A DNA stretch of 64,000 nt from Nemertoderma westbladi (taxonomy: Eukaryota; Animalia; Xenacoelomorpha), in assembly GCA_032718475.1 (NCBI GenBank), contig JAUCBJ010004046.1:53648-117647 (forward strand), read 5' to 3'. Shown piece by piece: positions 51,001-64,000 of this stretch (its first letter is position 1; each line of letters begins with the position of its first letter). The notes under the pieces were generated by a model that searched no databases, had not been told where the DNA came from, and saw nothing but the letters and a program-made list of their open reading frames with translations. A program made the translations under genes and the position numbers.

Positions 51001-54000
51001 ATCCTCATCATCTTCAGAACCATCAGATACTGACTCAAATTCTTCTGATGGTGAGGATGGTCATGCTTTGGAAGTGAAGAGTATGGGCAGTACCACCTCA
51101 TCATCAGATAGTTTTATTGAACCAGAACATTTTAAACTTGATGGCATTGCTGGCAGTAAGAAAGGAGCCAAATTTAATTTTCCAACTATAAAAATCCCAA
51201 AACTCAAGCGCAAGAAGAAAAAAGGTAAAATAAATGAAAATAAAGTAGAATCAACGAAAGAAATTATTATCCCAGATAATAATAGAGAATCAAAACAATT
51301 GAACATTTGTGATCCAGTTACTGAAATAATAGAACCCATGCCATTAGAGGCAAAACATATTGTTCCTCACGTTGGACTATCTGGTGAAAAAGATGTCGTA
51401 GATGCCACAAAAAAGTCTGTTATGTCATCATCATCCTCTTCTTCTTCATCTGATGACACTTCTGATGAAGATAGTGAGCATGCTTTAGAAGTTATTAAAA
51501 CTACCAGCTCTCGCTCATCATCAGATAGTGAATTTGAAACTAAAGATATAAAACTTGGCAGTAGTGATCATGGAAAAGAAAAGACCAAAATTAAATTTCC
51601 ATATATAAAAGTCCCCAAAAGGAAAAATAAGAAGAAAAGAGCTAAAATACTAGAATATAAGGTACATTATTTGGATGTAGTTGTAAGACCTGAGGATGAC
51701 ATAGAATCTAAACATTTATATGTATGCGATCCACCTGTTAAAGAAATAGTCGAACCTATATCATTAGAAGTTAAACAAAATATTCCACAGTTTATCATAT
51801 TTGGTACACCACAACTTGAAGATGATGCAAGAAAGGGATCATCCTCATCATCTTCAGAACCATCAGATACTGACTCCAATTCTTCTGATGGTGAGGATGG
51901 TCATGCTTTGGAATTGAAGAGTATGGGCAGTGCCACCTCATCATCAGATAGTTATATTGAACCAGAAGATAATAAACTTGATGGCATTGCTGGCAGTAAG
52001 AAAGGAGCCAAATTTAATTTTCCAAATATAAAAATCCCAAAACTCAAGCGCAAAAAGAAAAAAGCTAAAATAAATGAAAATAAAGAAGAATCTACGAAAG
52101 AAATTATTATCCCAGATAATAATAGAGAATCAAAACAATTGAACATTTGTGATCCTGTTACTGAAATAATAGAACCCATGCCATTAGAGGCAAAACATAT
52201 TATTCCTCACATTGGACTATCTGGTGAAAAAGATGTCGGAGATGCCACAAAAAAGTATGTTATGTCATCATCATCCTCTTCTTCTTCATCTGATGACACT
52301 TCTGATGAAGATAGTGAGCATGCTTTAGAAGTTATTAAAACTACCAGCTCTCGCTCATCATCAGATAGTGAAATTGAAACTAAAGATATAAAACTTGATG
52401 GTAGTGATCATGGAAAAGAAAAGACCAAAGTTAAATTTCCATATATAAAAGTCCCCAAAAGGAAAAATAAGAAGAAAAGAGCTAAAATACTAGAATATAA
52501 GGTACATTATTTGGATGTAGTTGTAAGACCTGAGGATGACCTAGAATGTAAACATTTATATGTATGCGATCCACCTGTTAAAGAAATAGTCGAACCTATA
52601 TCTTTAGAAGTTAAACAAAATATTCCACAGTTTATCATATTTGGTACACCACAACTTGAAGATGATGCAAGAAAGGGATCATCCTCATCATCTTCAGAAC
52701 CATCAGATACTGACTCCAATTCTTCTGATGGTGAGGATGGTCATGCTTTGGAAGTGAAGAGTATGGGCAGTGCCACCTCATCATCAGATAGTTATATTGA
52801 ACCAGAAGATAATAAACTTGATGGCATTGCTGGCAGTAAGAAAGGAGCCAAATTTAATTTTCCAACTATAAAAATCCCAAAACTCAAGCGCAAGAAGAAA
52901 AAAGCTAAAATAAATGAAAATAAAGTAGAATCTACGAAAGAAATTATTATCCCAGATAATAATAGAGAATCAAAACAAATGAACATTTGTGATCCAGTTA
53001 CTGAAATAATAGAACCCATGCCATTAGAGGCAAAACATATTGTTCCTCACATTGGACTATCTGGTGAAAAAGATATCGGAGATTTTACAAAACAGTCCGT
53101 TATGTCATCATCATCCTCTTCTTCGTCATCTGATGACACTTCTGATGAAGATAGTGAGAATGCTTTAGAAGTAATTAAAACTAACAGTTCTAGCTCATCA
53201 TCAGATAGTGAATTTGAAACTAAAGATAACAAATTTAATGGCATTTATGAAGGAAAAGATACACTTAAATCCAAATTGCCAATTCAAAAAAATGTGTTCA
53301 CTGGAATTCAAATAAAAGGAGAAAAATTTGGAAAGTCAGTACCTGCTCCAGCTTCACCCACATTATCAGGATCATCAAGTGATGATACTGATTCTGTGCC
53401 ACTCTGTGGCACTTTTGTAACAAAAAATCAAGATGATCCAAACTTGAAAGCAGGAGTAATAAAACAAACATATGGAAGCCGAATTCCTGTTTTAAAAACG
53501 TCAGAGGAAATCATCTCACAGGCTAATTCTGGAAAATTAAACAAGACTGAGAAAATAAATGATAATGATATTCATTTAAATTCTAAGATCTGTTGTGATG
53601 AACCTATCACAAAACCATTATTAGATTTATCTGTTTCCATACAAGAGAAAATATTACCTGAAAACAAAGTTAACAAAGTTGAATCCACACCAAAAATAAT
53701 TCATGAATCCATGAATAATATGGAGGATATAAATTGGACAGCATGTAAACCTATAGAAGAAATCAAACATATTCAACCAATTCAATCCAAAATTGAAATT
53801 CAATGGACTGTTAAAGATTTAGATATATTAACAACTCATGGTAGAAATATAGATTTTAAACCTAAAATAAAACAATTAACAGATGAAGAAAATATTGATA
53901 CTCATGCCAATAAATATATACTACATAATATTCCTCTCAAACTTTCTACTGAACCTCAAGAACATTCCTTTGAAATATTCTGCAACAACAAGCAATCATT

Positions 54001-55213
54001 ACACACCGATTTTGGTGATGAAGCATTCTTTGAAACTGTTTCTGCTGAAGAAAAAAGAACAGCCTTCAAGTTACATTCTCCACTCTGCAAAAGTATTCAA
54101 GGTATTGATTTAGTTAATATGAATTCTCGGGCTGTTGTTGAATGTGAAGATAGCAATGCTGCTGTGAGAACCAGCATAATTAATGCTGTAGTTCAACCAG
54201 GGAAACCTTACAGTAAGGCTTCCAATATATTTGTAAGTTTTCCGCCCACAATTGAATTCAGTGAATCTATAGAATCGTTATTAGAACATGAACCTGTCGA
54301 AGTGATAGAAGTAATTAAAGTTTCGTGTGGTTTATCAATAAATTCCGCCTATTGCTGCAGTTTATTTGTTGCCAATTGCGATACATTTCCAAATAATGGA
54401 GACACTTCTACAAACTTAATTATCAATGATCCAATTTTCCTCCTTGATGCCCCACAGCCTGCTACATGCAAACAACTACCTCATATTCCTCTGTATCCGG
54501 TTATGTTTCATATTCCACAACAGAGTAAAACCTTTTTGTTTTCACACAAACCGATATATCCTCAGAACGAAAGCCTTCCCAACTTTGCTGCTATTCGATT
54601 AATACCTCATCCACCTCTAAAAGCCTTAAAAGAGTCACAACCACTCTACGCAAAGAAAATTGTAAATGAAAAACCGATAAATAGAGAGAGACCAACACGA
54701 AATTCATTTCAATTGAAAGGTCATGCTCCACTTCAAAGACAATCAAGTATTACAAAGGGGAAAGTCAATGTTCCCAGAGAGTTTGAGAAGCCAGAAAAAA
54801 GTCAAACCAAAACCATTGAAGAAACAACAACACACGTTGAGGAAGTTATTGAGGAAGTTGAGGTGGAACGTAGAAGTTTCTTCTCTCAAATTTTCAATAG
54901 AAAACCAAAATTAACAAGTAGAAGTCGCACATTATCTAAGAAAACAACTTCTACTATTTCTGATACGCAGCTAGATGGCACAACATCAGCACCTCTGAAA
55001 ACATTACCACTTCAAAGGCAAGAAACTTTAGAAGTAGAGACATGTATAAGCGAAAATGACAAAGCTGTTCCACATAGCAGACTAGATGAAATATTGAATA
55101 TTCCTACTACATCTCAAACCATGCCACAATTAAACTTAGGTCAGAGAACATCGAATCAATTGGAAATTTCTTCTGATGACGAATACTGTAATGAATTCGG
55201 AGTATTTGTATAA
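36039..55213 (+). CDS. Giant (~6,400 aa) Ser/Lys/acidic-rich tandem-repeat protein encoded by a single ~19.2-kb exon; AHNAK-like architecture, no recognised orthologue
   Basis: The ORF 36011-55213 is stop-free and includes ~1,100 aa of unique or degenerate N-terminal sequence and ~660 aa of unique C-terminal sequence in AT-rich DNA. Indels between repeats keep the frame. AATAAA is at ~55347. Confidence 0.9.
39410..53230 (+). repeat. Coding tandem repeat, 840-bp (280-aa) unit, ~16.5 copies, each made of two diverged ~140-aa subunits
   Basis: The AKFNF anchor recurs at ~39431, 40265, 41105, 41945 ... 52847. Spacing is 840 bp, or 831 bp where YIE is deleted. Confidence 0.97.
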
Positions 55214-55919
55214 AGGGGCAATTAATTGAAATAAACTTTTACATATTCAGGGCTATTGCCATACATAGTGAAAGTTACTAAATATATCATAAATCAATTT
55301 TATGGTTTTGTTATTTTACATTATATATTTATTTATCTTTAATTTGAATAAATGTTATTATAATTTGAATCCAGCAGAAGATAAGAAGATCAATAAAGTA
55401 ATATCTACACTACAAATAATACTAATTACGTACTAGTTTGTAAATTAATTATTAGTCAGTCTGATTGTTAATGTATTGTGTGATAATTACCTTCTTATTT
55501 AAATATAATTCAGCGTGTGATTACAAATTAGTTTAAATAAACTTTTATCTTTAATTCATTTCGATGTTGATATCTTGAATATTTATGAGGAATGCTTTCA
55601 ACTGTAACTGGATCCAAAAAGGTAATAAAGACATTATGCAAAATTTATTTTTTTTAGCAAAACATGCTAAAATAATTTGTTAAAAATATCTCTTTAACTC
55701 AATTAGCATGGGACAGAAATAGTTAATGACTTTAATGACTTTGAATTTTTACCAAGCTTATTAATATTTATTATAGAAATTTTAAATTTCAAATTAAATA
55801 CGACATTGGAGGTAAAATATCGTCTAGCTAAAGATTAATTAGCTTACAGAATGTAGTAGTCATCCATAAGCCTGTTATAGTAATCACTAAACTTTACATA
55901 AGTTGACGTTAAGGCCTAC

Positions 55920-56145
55920 TTTACTTAACTTGGAATACTTGACTTGAATTTACCTATTTGACTTGTCTTTACTGAAGAATTTCAAGTCAGGTCAATTCAA
56001 ATATGTCAAGTCAAGTTTAGTATGTCAAGCCAAGTATATCAAGTGAAGTCAACTTTGTCAAGTCAAGTATGTCAAGTCAATTATGTCAAGTAGAATATGC
56101 TAAGTCAAATACTGTATGTCAAATAAAGTACAGTATGTTAAGTAA
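55920..56145. repeat. (gtcaa/ttgac)n degenerate microsatellite in inverted arrangement
   Basis: ttgact runs (55920-55970) face caagtcaagt runs (55982-56145). Confidence 0.6.
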
Positions 56146-56567
56146 ATATGACCAGCCAACAATCTAAAAAATATCATTTTCAGTCTGGTACAGTAGGCTA
56201 ATATAAATAGGCTTAATGCATGATATGTCAGGGCTTAGAAAAAATGCGACTGATAGCAAAACTTTCCGCGATGTGAAGACAAGCTTTGTATGTGACGTAT
56301 TTGTAACCCTTTAGATTGATTTTTTATACGAAAGGCGTTTTATCAACACCGATTGGAGAATTTGTTACATTATATATTCCTATATATAAAATGTCGACTT
56401 GGATTATTTGTGGCGTATTTGTGACTTTGATGTTTATTTTTTCCTACCTTTGGCATTTCATCGACTTAAATTGACGAAATATAGTGGTGACAATGACAAA
56501 ATGTATGCATAAATAATGTAGAAATCATAGCCTGTTTATGTTTAAGTGATCACTTTACTTGACTTAA

Positions 56568-57846
56568 GGGGGGGGGGGGGGGGGGGGGGGGGGGGGTACA
56601 CCATTTTCGGACAACTCTTCGATTTATCACTCTCAGCGTTTCAAAATTGTTTGGTTTTGGCTATAATTGGGAATATTGGTGCCTAAGATGCTATTCTACA
56701 TGACAGGTTAGAAAATTTTTATTTTTCGCTATTTAATATTAGTTAATACTAGTTAACAACAAAAAAACTTGGTTGCGCTTAAAACCCTAAGGCTTTTACA
56801 GTTTTGAATCTAATCACATGAAAGTTTTTTTATTTTTTTATATGATAGATCAAAGATGGGGCAACATAACTATAACTTTTTTTTTATGAAATTTTCAACT
56901 TCAAAACCCTACTACTTCTACAATTTTTGAGCAATTAGTCTGAAACTTTCTGTGGGTGTCTACATAGCCACCCTGCATAAAAGTATCAGACAACTTTTCG
57001 AAATTATTTGTTAATAATATTTAATACTATTTATAACAAACCTAAAAATTAGGCATAAAAAGAACAACACACATGCGCCAGATGCGGTAAGGAAGTCGAT
57101 ACCGAAGGCCTACATGGCCTGTCCTGCCAGAGGAGCTTGGGGCGGATTCCGCGCCACACGGCGCTAAATGACATCATAAAGCGCGCACTCTCCAGCTGTG
57201 GTGTTCCGTCCATCCTGGAGCCGCCAGGCCTCTGTCGAACGGACGGTAAACGCCCAGACGGCATGACCCTCATCCCTTGGTCGCGCGGTAAGTCCCTGAC
57301 GTGGGACGCGACGGTCGTAGACCCTCTAGCGCCCGGCCATCTCGCTACCAGTCTATCCGCAGAAGGTCGTGTTGCCAAGGAGCAAGAAGAGACCAAATCC
57401 AGAAAGTACGAAGAACTAGTAGACCGAGGATACCTCTTCGCACCAGTAGCCTTCGAAACCCTTGGCCGGCCAGGACCAGCAAGGTTTGTTATAAATAGTA
57501 TTAAATTTTATTAACAAATAATTTCGAAAAGTTGTCTGATACTTTTATCCAGGGTGGCTATGTAGACACCCACAGAAAGTTTCAGACTAATTGCTTAAAA
57601 ATTGTAGAAGTAGTAGGGTTTTGAAGTTGAAAATTTCATAAAAAAAAATTTTTGAGATAATCGACCTTTCATTATATATAGTAATAGTAATTTCAATTGG
57701 AATCCCTAAATGGAAATTGTTATAACTTAAAAACTAAAAGAGCTATTAAATAGCGGTTTTCAGATTTGGAAACACCATTCAATGGTGCATTATAATTGAT
57801 CATAAAAAAATTTCGACATATTTTTGACCAAAATGGTGTACCCCCC
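56568..57846. mobile_element. Non-autonomous TIR DNA transposon (Kolobok-like left end) with internal ~165-bp inverted repeats and a captured retroelement fragment
   Basis: ttaa|(G)29tacaccatttt ... aaaatggtgtacccccc. The inner IR is ~56878-57043 versus 57482-57648. TTAA is seen only on the left side. Confidence 0.65.
57049..57481 (+). pseudogene. Fragment of the C-terminus of a CRE-like non-LTR retrotransposon: CCHC knuckle plus restriction-like endonuclease
   Basis: HTCARCGKEVDTEGLHGLSC (CCHC), RHTALNDII, KRPDGMTLIPWSRGKSLTWDATVVD (PD..D), KSRKY and FAPVAFETLG. The fragment is GC-rich against AT-rich flanks. There is an in-frame TAA at 57056 and no RT. Confidence 0.85.
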
Positions 57847-58584
57847 TCTCACATAATTTTATTAACGTCTGAAATGAAATTGTATGTTCAATGTTCGCAT
57901 GTTTACCTAACGCTAACAAAGCACGGATTAAGTTTACAAGGAGAATAAATGTGTGAAGAAAGGGGAAACTGAGTGACACGAGTGTTTATATCGTAAGTTC
58001 CCGTTTGATTCTTGCTGGTTGGTGGTATTTGCGCATCGATTTTCCCTTGAAGTAGGTTAAATATTTCTTGCGTATATCCCCCCCCCCCCCCCTTCCCATT
58101 TAAATTGTCAGGTTATATAGTGATATAGGGTTTTAATAAAACAAAATATATCAAACTTGGTTGTGAATTAATAATTAAATAATAAATAAACCGAAACACA
58201 GAATAATCGGAATGTATAGTAGGCCTTAGGCCTACAGTAGTTTTGCACTACTGTATATACAGTAGGCTGATATCCTACTTAATACAACTACTCTACTTGT
58301 ACAGTACTTGAAAGTCAGTAAAGTTTACCTACACTTAACAATTTTTATTTATTATACTGTATAAAACTAACATACTGTGTTTTATTAAAAGATCGTAAGT
58401 TTTGACGAATTTCTTCTTGACGAAAACGCTACTGTATACACTAATTATTTTCATGCGCTTTACAAAGTATTTTCGAATGTGTACAGAACGTCAATATATA
58501 TTTGGGAACGAAATCGCCACTGCATACGTAAACTGTTTTACATATTCATTGGGCGTAAAAGGTTCGTTATACATATATATATAG

Positions 58585-58825
58585 ATATATATATTATTTA
58601 ATGATATACAATTAATGTATATACTTATAGATATATATTATATAATGATATACAATTAATGTATATACTTATAGATATATATTATATAATGATATACAAT
58701 TAATGTATATACTTATATATATATATTATATAATGATATTATATAATGATATACAATTAATGTATATACTTATATATATATATTATATAATGATATACAA
58801 TTAATGTATATACTTATAGATATAT
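58585..58825. repeat. 44-bp AT-rich tandem repeat, ~5 copies
   Basis: atatatattatataatgatatacaattaatgtatatacttatag units. Confidence 0.85.
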
Positions 58826-58904
58826 AAGTATAAGTTCTTAATTCATAAGTTATCTCTTATTAAGTAGACAGAGGTGGCTAAATAATTCTCATTTTTATGT
58901 AACG

Positions 58905-59323
58905 TCCAACACGTAACGTCCGACCCCATTTCGCACAACTTTGAATTACAAATGTCGGCTTCAAAAGATCTGCAGTGCAATTTAGAAAACCTTTTCGAAA
59001 AATAGAATAGTTGAGCTTCAATTTGAGCCCAAAAATACAGTAATAACATACCAGTCTTCGGCATTAATTGCAATCAAAAGTAAAATAATATGTACAATAA
59101 AAAGTGTCCTATTTTTGTAACGTCTGACACCTTTTTAAAAGTCAACTGTTTAAGAAGAATAACGTTTCCCAATGCAGTGTATGTGCGATATTCTGAAAGA
59201 TTTATAAATTGTCTCATTTATTCAACGCAATCTGATGTCAAAAATTCAATTATTTTCGTAAATTTAAAGAAAAACATTCAAAAATCGAGAATGTCCGTAA
59301 CGTCCGACACCGTGGAATTGCCC
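58905..59323. mobile_element. Possible DNA-transposon end fragment
   Basis: The motif gtaacgtc(c/t)gac occurs three times (~58912, 59117, 59297). The stretch ends in gtggaattgccc. No partner TIR was found. Confidence 0.3.
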
Positions 59324-60574
59324 TTCTGGGATTTTGTCAGAAGGTGGATATCAATCTAAGGTACCAGAATCACCAAAAACCTGAAAATGGCCAAAAATCG
59401 ACTTAAGGGGTTTTACCAGATTACCCACGTTATTTACAACAGGTTATTAGATAATTTAATTTCCTTGTTTGCAAAAATTAGGTTTGATATACGCCCCACA
59501 CCCATTGCAGAAGAACTGTCAATATATTCTAATTCTGTCAATTAATTAATTAATTAATAACATTTAACGAAAATAACGCGGAGCGAAGGTAAATCTTGGA
59601 CAAGGACGATTATCTTAACAATACAAATGGACGCATATAGGTATGTTCCCTCCTGTGCCTTTCATGTACTACATCAGTATCTATTCCGACATCAGCTACT
59701 CCAAACTAAACAAGTACCAAATTCCACTTCAATTCCGGCCAATTAACTTCCATCTATTTTTCAAAACAGCATCACTGGAAGGGGGATGCGTGAATCCGTA
59801 GTCAGGGAAACTTGTCATTGATTGGTTGGACTAATTTTTAGATAAAAACAGGGATATGTGGTAATGTGCTTGAGAAAGTTTTTCAGAGGATGATTAATTC
59901 TTAGGGCGAATCACAAAGGAATTGTTTTTCGTCTTTTATCCGGCATTGATGCGGCATATACTGTATGGAAAGTTGTCACAAACATGTTTTTACTGTTAGC
60001 ATACTGAGAACTTCCTAGTGTAGAAAGGCTATTTTTTATATAAATGTCACATGTAGGCCTATACTTTCCCTTATAACTATTATTTTCCAAAATATAAATT
60101 AAACTTCCTAATCATTTCATAAAGTCGGATAGTTTGGCGCAATCGGTTCGTCTTCGGGTTTATTCTAAGAAGGATGTAAGTAATTTATTTATAATGAAAC
60201 AGCCTTTTCATAGCAGTGTAACGGTAGTTGTAGGAAAGAGAGGAGACTCTAAAAAATTACTTAATTATTTTCGCCAATAATGTGAAGAATACCAGGCTTT
60301 ACCTTTCGGTAAAAATTCTACTGGAATCTTGTCGATGAAGAATTTGTATTTTTCCAACTTTATCCTTATTAATTATTTTTAGCGTTTATTTCTGTCTTAT
60401 AACCTGTGTAGATACTTATTCGTTTATTATTTTGGTTAGAATTAGACCTTCTGAAAGCTGTGGTTTTTGGTGAAAACCTGTTATTCTTCACATGGGGATA
60501 AACTGCAAAGTGAAACATAACAGCAGAAAGTCTGGCATTCTTCACATGGGCCATTATAGTTGTTGCTGTTGTTG

Positions 60575-61910
60575 CCGCCACAGCTACCCAACCGCCACAT
60601 CCACCCAACCTCCACAGCAACCCAACCGCCACAGCCGCCCAACCACCACAGCTACCCAACCGCCACAGCCACCCAACCTTCACAGCAACCCAACCGCCAC
60701 AGCCACCCAACCACCACAGCTACCCAACCGCCACAGCCACCCAACCTTCACAGCAACCCAACCGCGACAGCCACCCAACCACCACAGCTACCCATCCTTC
60801 ACAGCAACCCAACCGCCACAGCTACCCAACCGCCACATCCACCCAACCTTCACAGCAACCCAACCGCCACAGCCGCCCAACCACCACAGCTACCCAACCG
60901 CCACAGCCACCCAACCTTCACAGCAACCCAACCGCCATAGCCGCCCAACCACTACAGCTACCCAACCTTCACAGCAACCCATCTGCCACAGCTACCCAAC
61001 CGCCACATCCACCCAACCTCCACAGCAACCCAACCGCCACAGCCGCCCAACCACCACAGCTACCCTACCGCCACAGCCACCCAACCTTCACAGCAACCGA
61101 ACCGCCACAGCCGCCCAACCACCACAGCAACCCAACCGCCACAGCCACCCAACCTTCACAGCAACCCAACCGCCACAGCCACCCAACCACCACAGCTACC
61201 CAACCTTCACAGCAATCCAACCGCCACAGCTACCCAACCGCCACATCCACCCACCTTCACAGCCACCCAACCTCCACAGCCACCCAACCGCCACAGCCAC
61301 CCAACAGCCACAGCCACGCAACAGCCACAGCCACCCAACTGCTACAGCCACCCAACCACCACAGCTACCCAACCGCCACAGCTACCCAACCGCCACATCC
61401 ACCCAACCTTCACAGCAACCCAACCGCCACAGCCACCCAACCACCACAGCTACCCAACCGCCACAGCCACCCAACCGCCACAGCCACCCAACCGCCACAG
61501 CTACCCAACCTTCACAGCAACCCAACCACCGCAGCCACCCAACCACCACAGCTACCCAACCGCCACAGCCACCCAACCGCCACAGCCACCCAACCGCCAC
61601 AGCTACCCAACCGCCACATCCACCCAACCGCCACATCCACCCAACCTTCACAGCAACCCAACCTTCACAGCCACCCAACCGCCACACTACCCAACCGCCA
61701 CAGCCACCCAACCGCCACAGCTACCCAACCGCCACATCCACCCAACCTTCACAGCAACCCAACCGCCACATTCACCCAACCGCCACATCCACCCAACCTT
61801 CACAGCAACCCAACCTTCACAGCCACCCAACCGCCACACTACCCAACCGCCACAGTCACCCAACAGCCACAGCCACCCAACCACCACAGCCACCCAACCG
61901 CCACGGCCAC
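60575..61910. repeat. 17-bp C/A-rich minisatellite (~78 copies)
   Basis: The unit is aaccgccacagccaccc. The 17-aa periodicity of the ORF 60492-62069 reflects three units cycling through all frames. Confidence 0.93.
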
Positions 61911-63284
61911 ATCCGCCCTGCCATAGGGACCGAAACCAGCAGTGTCACACACTGCCACCCAAACACGAGCGCCTGGAGTACTGCGAGTGGCTGGCTACCA
62001 TTTGCGCCACTACGTCGCCAAATCGTGGCCACCCTAACACTATCAGGGTCCGCTCCGACATTTAGTTGACGAACCCGGAAGTAAATTACTTTGATAATAA
62101 CATTGACCGATGTAAAATCACTTCTCAGACATTCTCAATCCATAACTAAAATTGGTGGAAATCCTAGACATCGCCTAAGTGTCTGTTTGGCGGAGTGCAT
62201 TATCGCATCGTGTATCCCAATCCATCTTAGGTTACTGTTATTTTCATTAGAGTAAAAATAGCAACAATAGGTTACTACGATATTCATACATACATAACGA
62301 CCGTACCACTATAGTATAGAGAAAGGATCTCCCACCGGCCACGTAACACAAAACCACCGCAATTCGCGATCAGCTAAACAGTTCATTTGTATTTTAAAGT
62401 CTTTAAAGCCGGTGTCTTTCAGCAGACAGACGCTTCAGCACAATGTCGTCAATGGCTGACAACCACTTTTAATCTCACCAGCCGACTGCCATTGAACAAG
62501 AACAAGCTAATATAAAAGTAAAAACAAAAGTAAATATATTCTAGGTTGCCAACAATACTTTCCAAATACTGCCAACAAAACGTGTAATTAAAAGTTCTAG
62601 TAATTTAAAATGATTTCTAACTTTTTTCGTACAGCTTGACAAATTTGACATAACAATAAAAAAAACTTTTAAATGGGATTGCAACACGTTTTATAATCTG
62701 TGACTAGATCCTGTGTTATCATGACCGTATTGGTACATAAACAACAGATTCCCCTAAGAGCTTTGTGATATAATATATAATATTACCTCATGTATACGTC
62801 AGTATTTACTAACTACATAATATTCTCTATATATATTCCAAGATTCTTAATTGTTCTTTTTTCCAAGGTATATTTTAATAATCAATTACCGCACCGCAGG
62901 TGGAAACATAATGTAAACTATATTAATTAGTACTTCATTAATGTCCTATAAATACTTTTATTACATATTGTGCATAATCTATCCCTATCCCTCCATTCGA
63001 GTATCAATGACCCCCCCCCCCCCCCCACCCCCACTTCCACTATCTCGAGGCCCTCTGCAGTACATCGGGCAGCACTAGCATTGCTATTTGCTCGTGTACT
63101 GCGTTTCTCGCTCAGATTATTTGTTTGTTGTTGTACACTTGTGTATAATTGTATTATTGGTCTATGGGAAACAAATAAATTCAATTCATGAATGAATCAC
63201 ACATTACAGTAAATAGTATTACAGTATTCACTTAATAAGTAGTAAAATAATATTATAGTAAATAAAGTATAGTAAAATGAATTA

Positions 63285-63482
63285 ATTACAGTAAATTAAA
63301 CTACACAGTAAATTAAAGTAACAGTAAATTAAAGTAACAGTAAATTAAAGTAACAGTAAATTAAAGTAACAGTAAAATAAAGTACAGTAAAATAAAGTAC
63401 AAAGTAAAATAAAGTACAGTAAAATAAAGTACAAAGTAAAATAAAGTACAGTAAAATAAAGTACAAAGTAAAATAAAGTATA
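63285..63482. repeat. 15-17-bp AT-rich tandem repeat
   Basis: agtaaattaaagtaac / agtaaaataaagtac units. Confidence 0.85.
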
Positions 63483-64000
63483 GTAGTATATTAAGTCTTA
63501 CAGTATTCACTTAGCGTTGGTGCATGTTATTCTTGCTCTGGTAGTCACATTTAAATTCGTTGCACATTATTTTATTGTCGGTTTTCTTGGTGATCGTATC
63601 TTTACTGGATGTAATTTGAAAAACGGAATAGAATTGGAATAATTAAATTATATTTATATGAAATTACCAGCGGGTCTCCATATTGTATTCCACAGAATAG
63701 TAATTGCTTCATATCGATTCCGGCTAGCTTCGGTTGCGTCTTCGCGAAGACAATACTACTGAAAGTTGTCATATTCTGTAACAATTCTTCTTAAGTGAAA
63801 GTCCTGGTTTTTGAATTTGAAATACATGAATGGGGAAGCAATACATATGAGTATTACTCATTGTAGTATTAGTTTTCGTCTTCATAGTACTACAAGTGTA
63901 CTGTAGGTAGGCGTACATGAGCCAAACTGAACCACATACAACCCTGAATAATAAACGGCTGTCTATAAATGTGAAATTATACGTTTTTGCTTTCCTATAT

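Noticed and set aside
39047-53244. Recurrent 60-90-aa minus-strand ORFs
   Set aside because: They are antisense shadows repeated with the 840-bp unit of the giant ORF.
60492-62069. 525-aa mucin/extensin-like protein
   Set aside because: The underlying unit is 17 bp (not a multiple of 3) and T-poor, so the frames stay open by composition. The peptide just cycles through the three frames.

Overview
AT-rich, intron-containing eukaryotic DNA, most likely from an invertebrate animal. There are two host genes on the + strand. The first is a 5-exon NKRF-like gene (XTBD - dsRBD-like x2 - G-patch - R3H - RG-rich tail, 9887-23194), preceded by a second XTBD ORF (9207-9494) that could be spliced in frame to it. 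The second is a giant ~6,400-aa repeat protein encoded almost entirely by one 19-kb exon (36039-55213). It has ~16.5 copies of a 280-aa unit that alternates AHNAK-like FPxIKxPK/polybasic blocks with poly-Ser/acidic blocks. Its probable first coding exon (ATG 33950) overlaps the end of a possible small spliced transmembrane ORF. The rest is mobile and repetitive DNA: the 5' part of an LTR retrotransposon nested in an RTE-type LINE endonuclease, two more RTE-type LINE copies, a hAT-like non-autonomous element with a 5-bp TSD, a Helentron-like element carrying a 71-copy 48-bp hairpin satellite, 15-bp and 17-bp minisatellites that create spurious long ORFs, several palindromic MITEs, and a TIR element carrying a CRE-type restriction-like endonuclease fragment between ~165-bp inverted repeats. 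All family assignments come from motif recognition by eye. Splice models come from manual GT-AG and phase checks. No database search was run.
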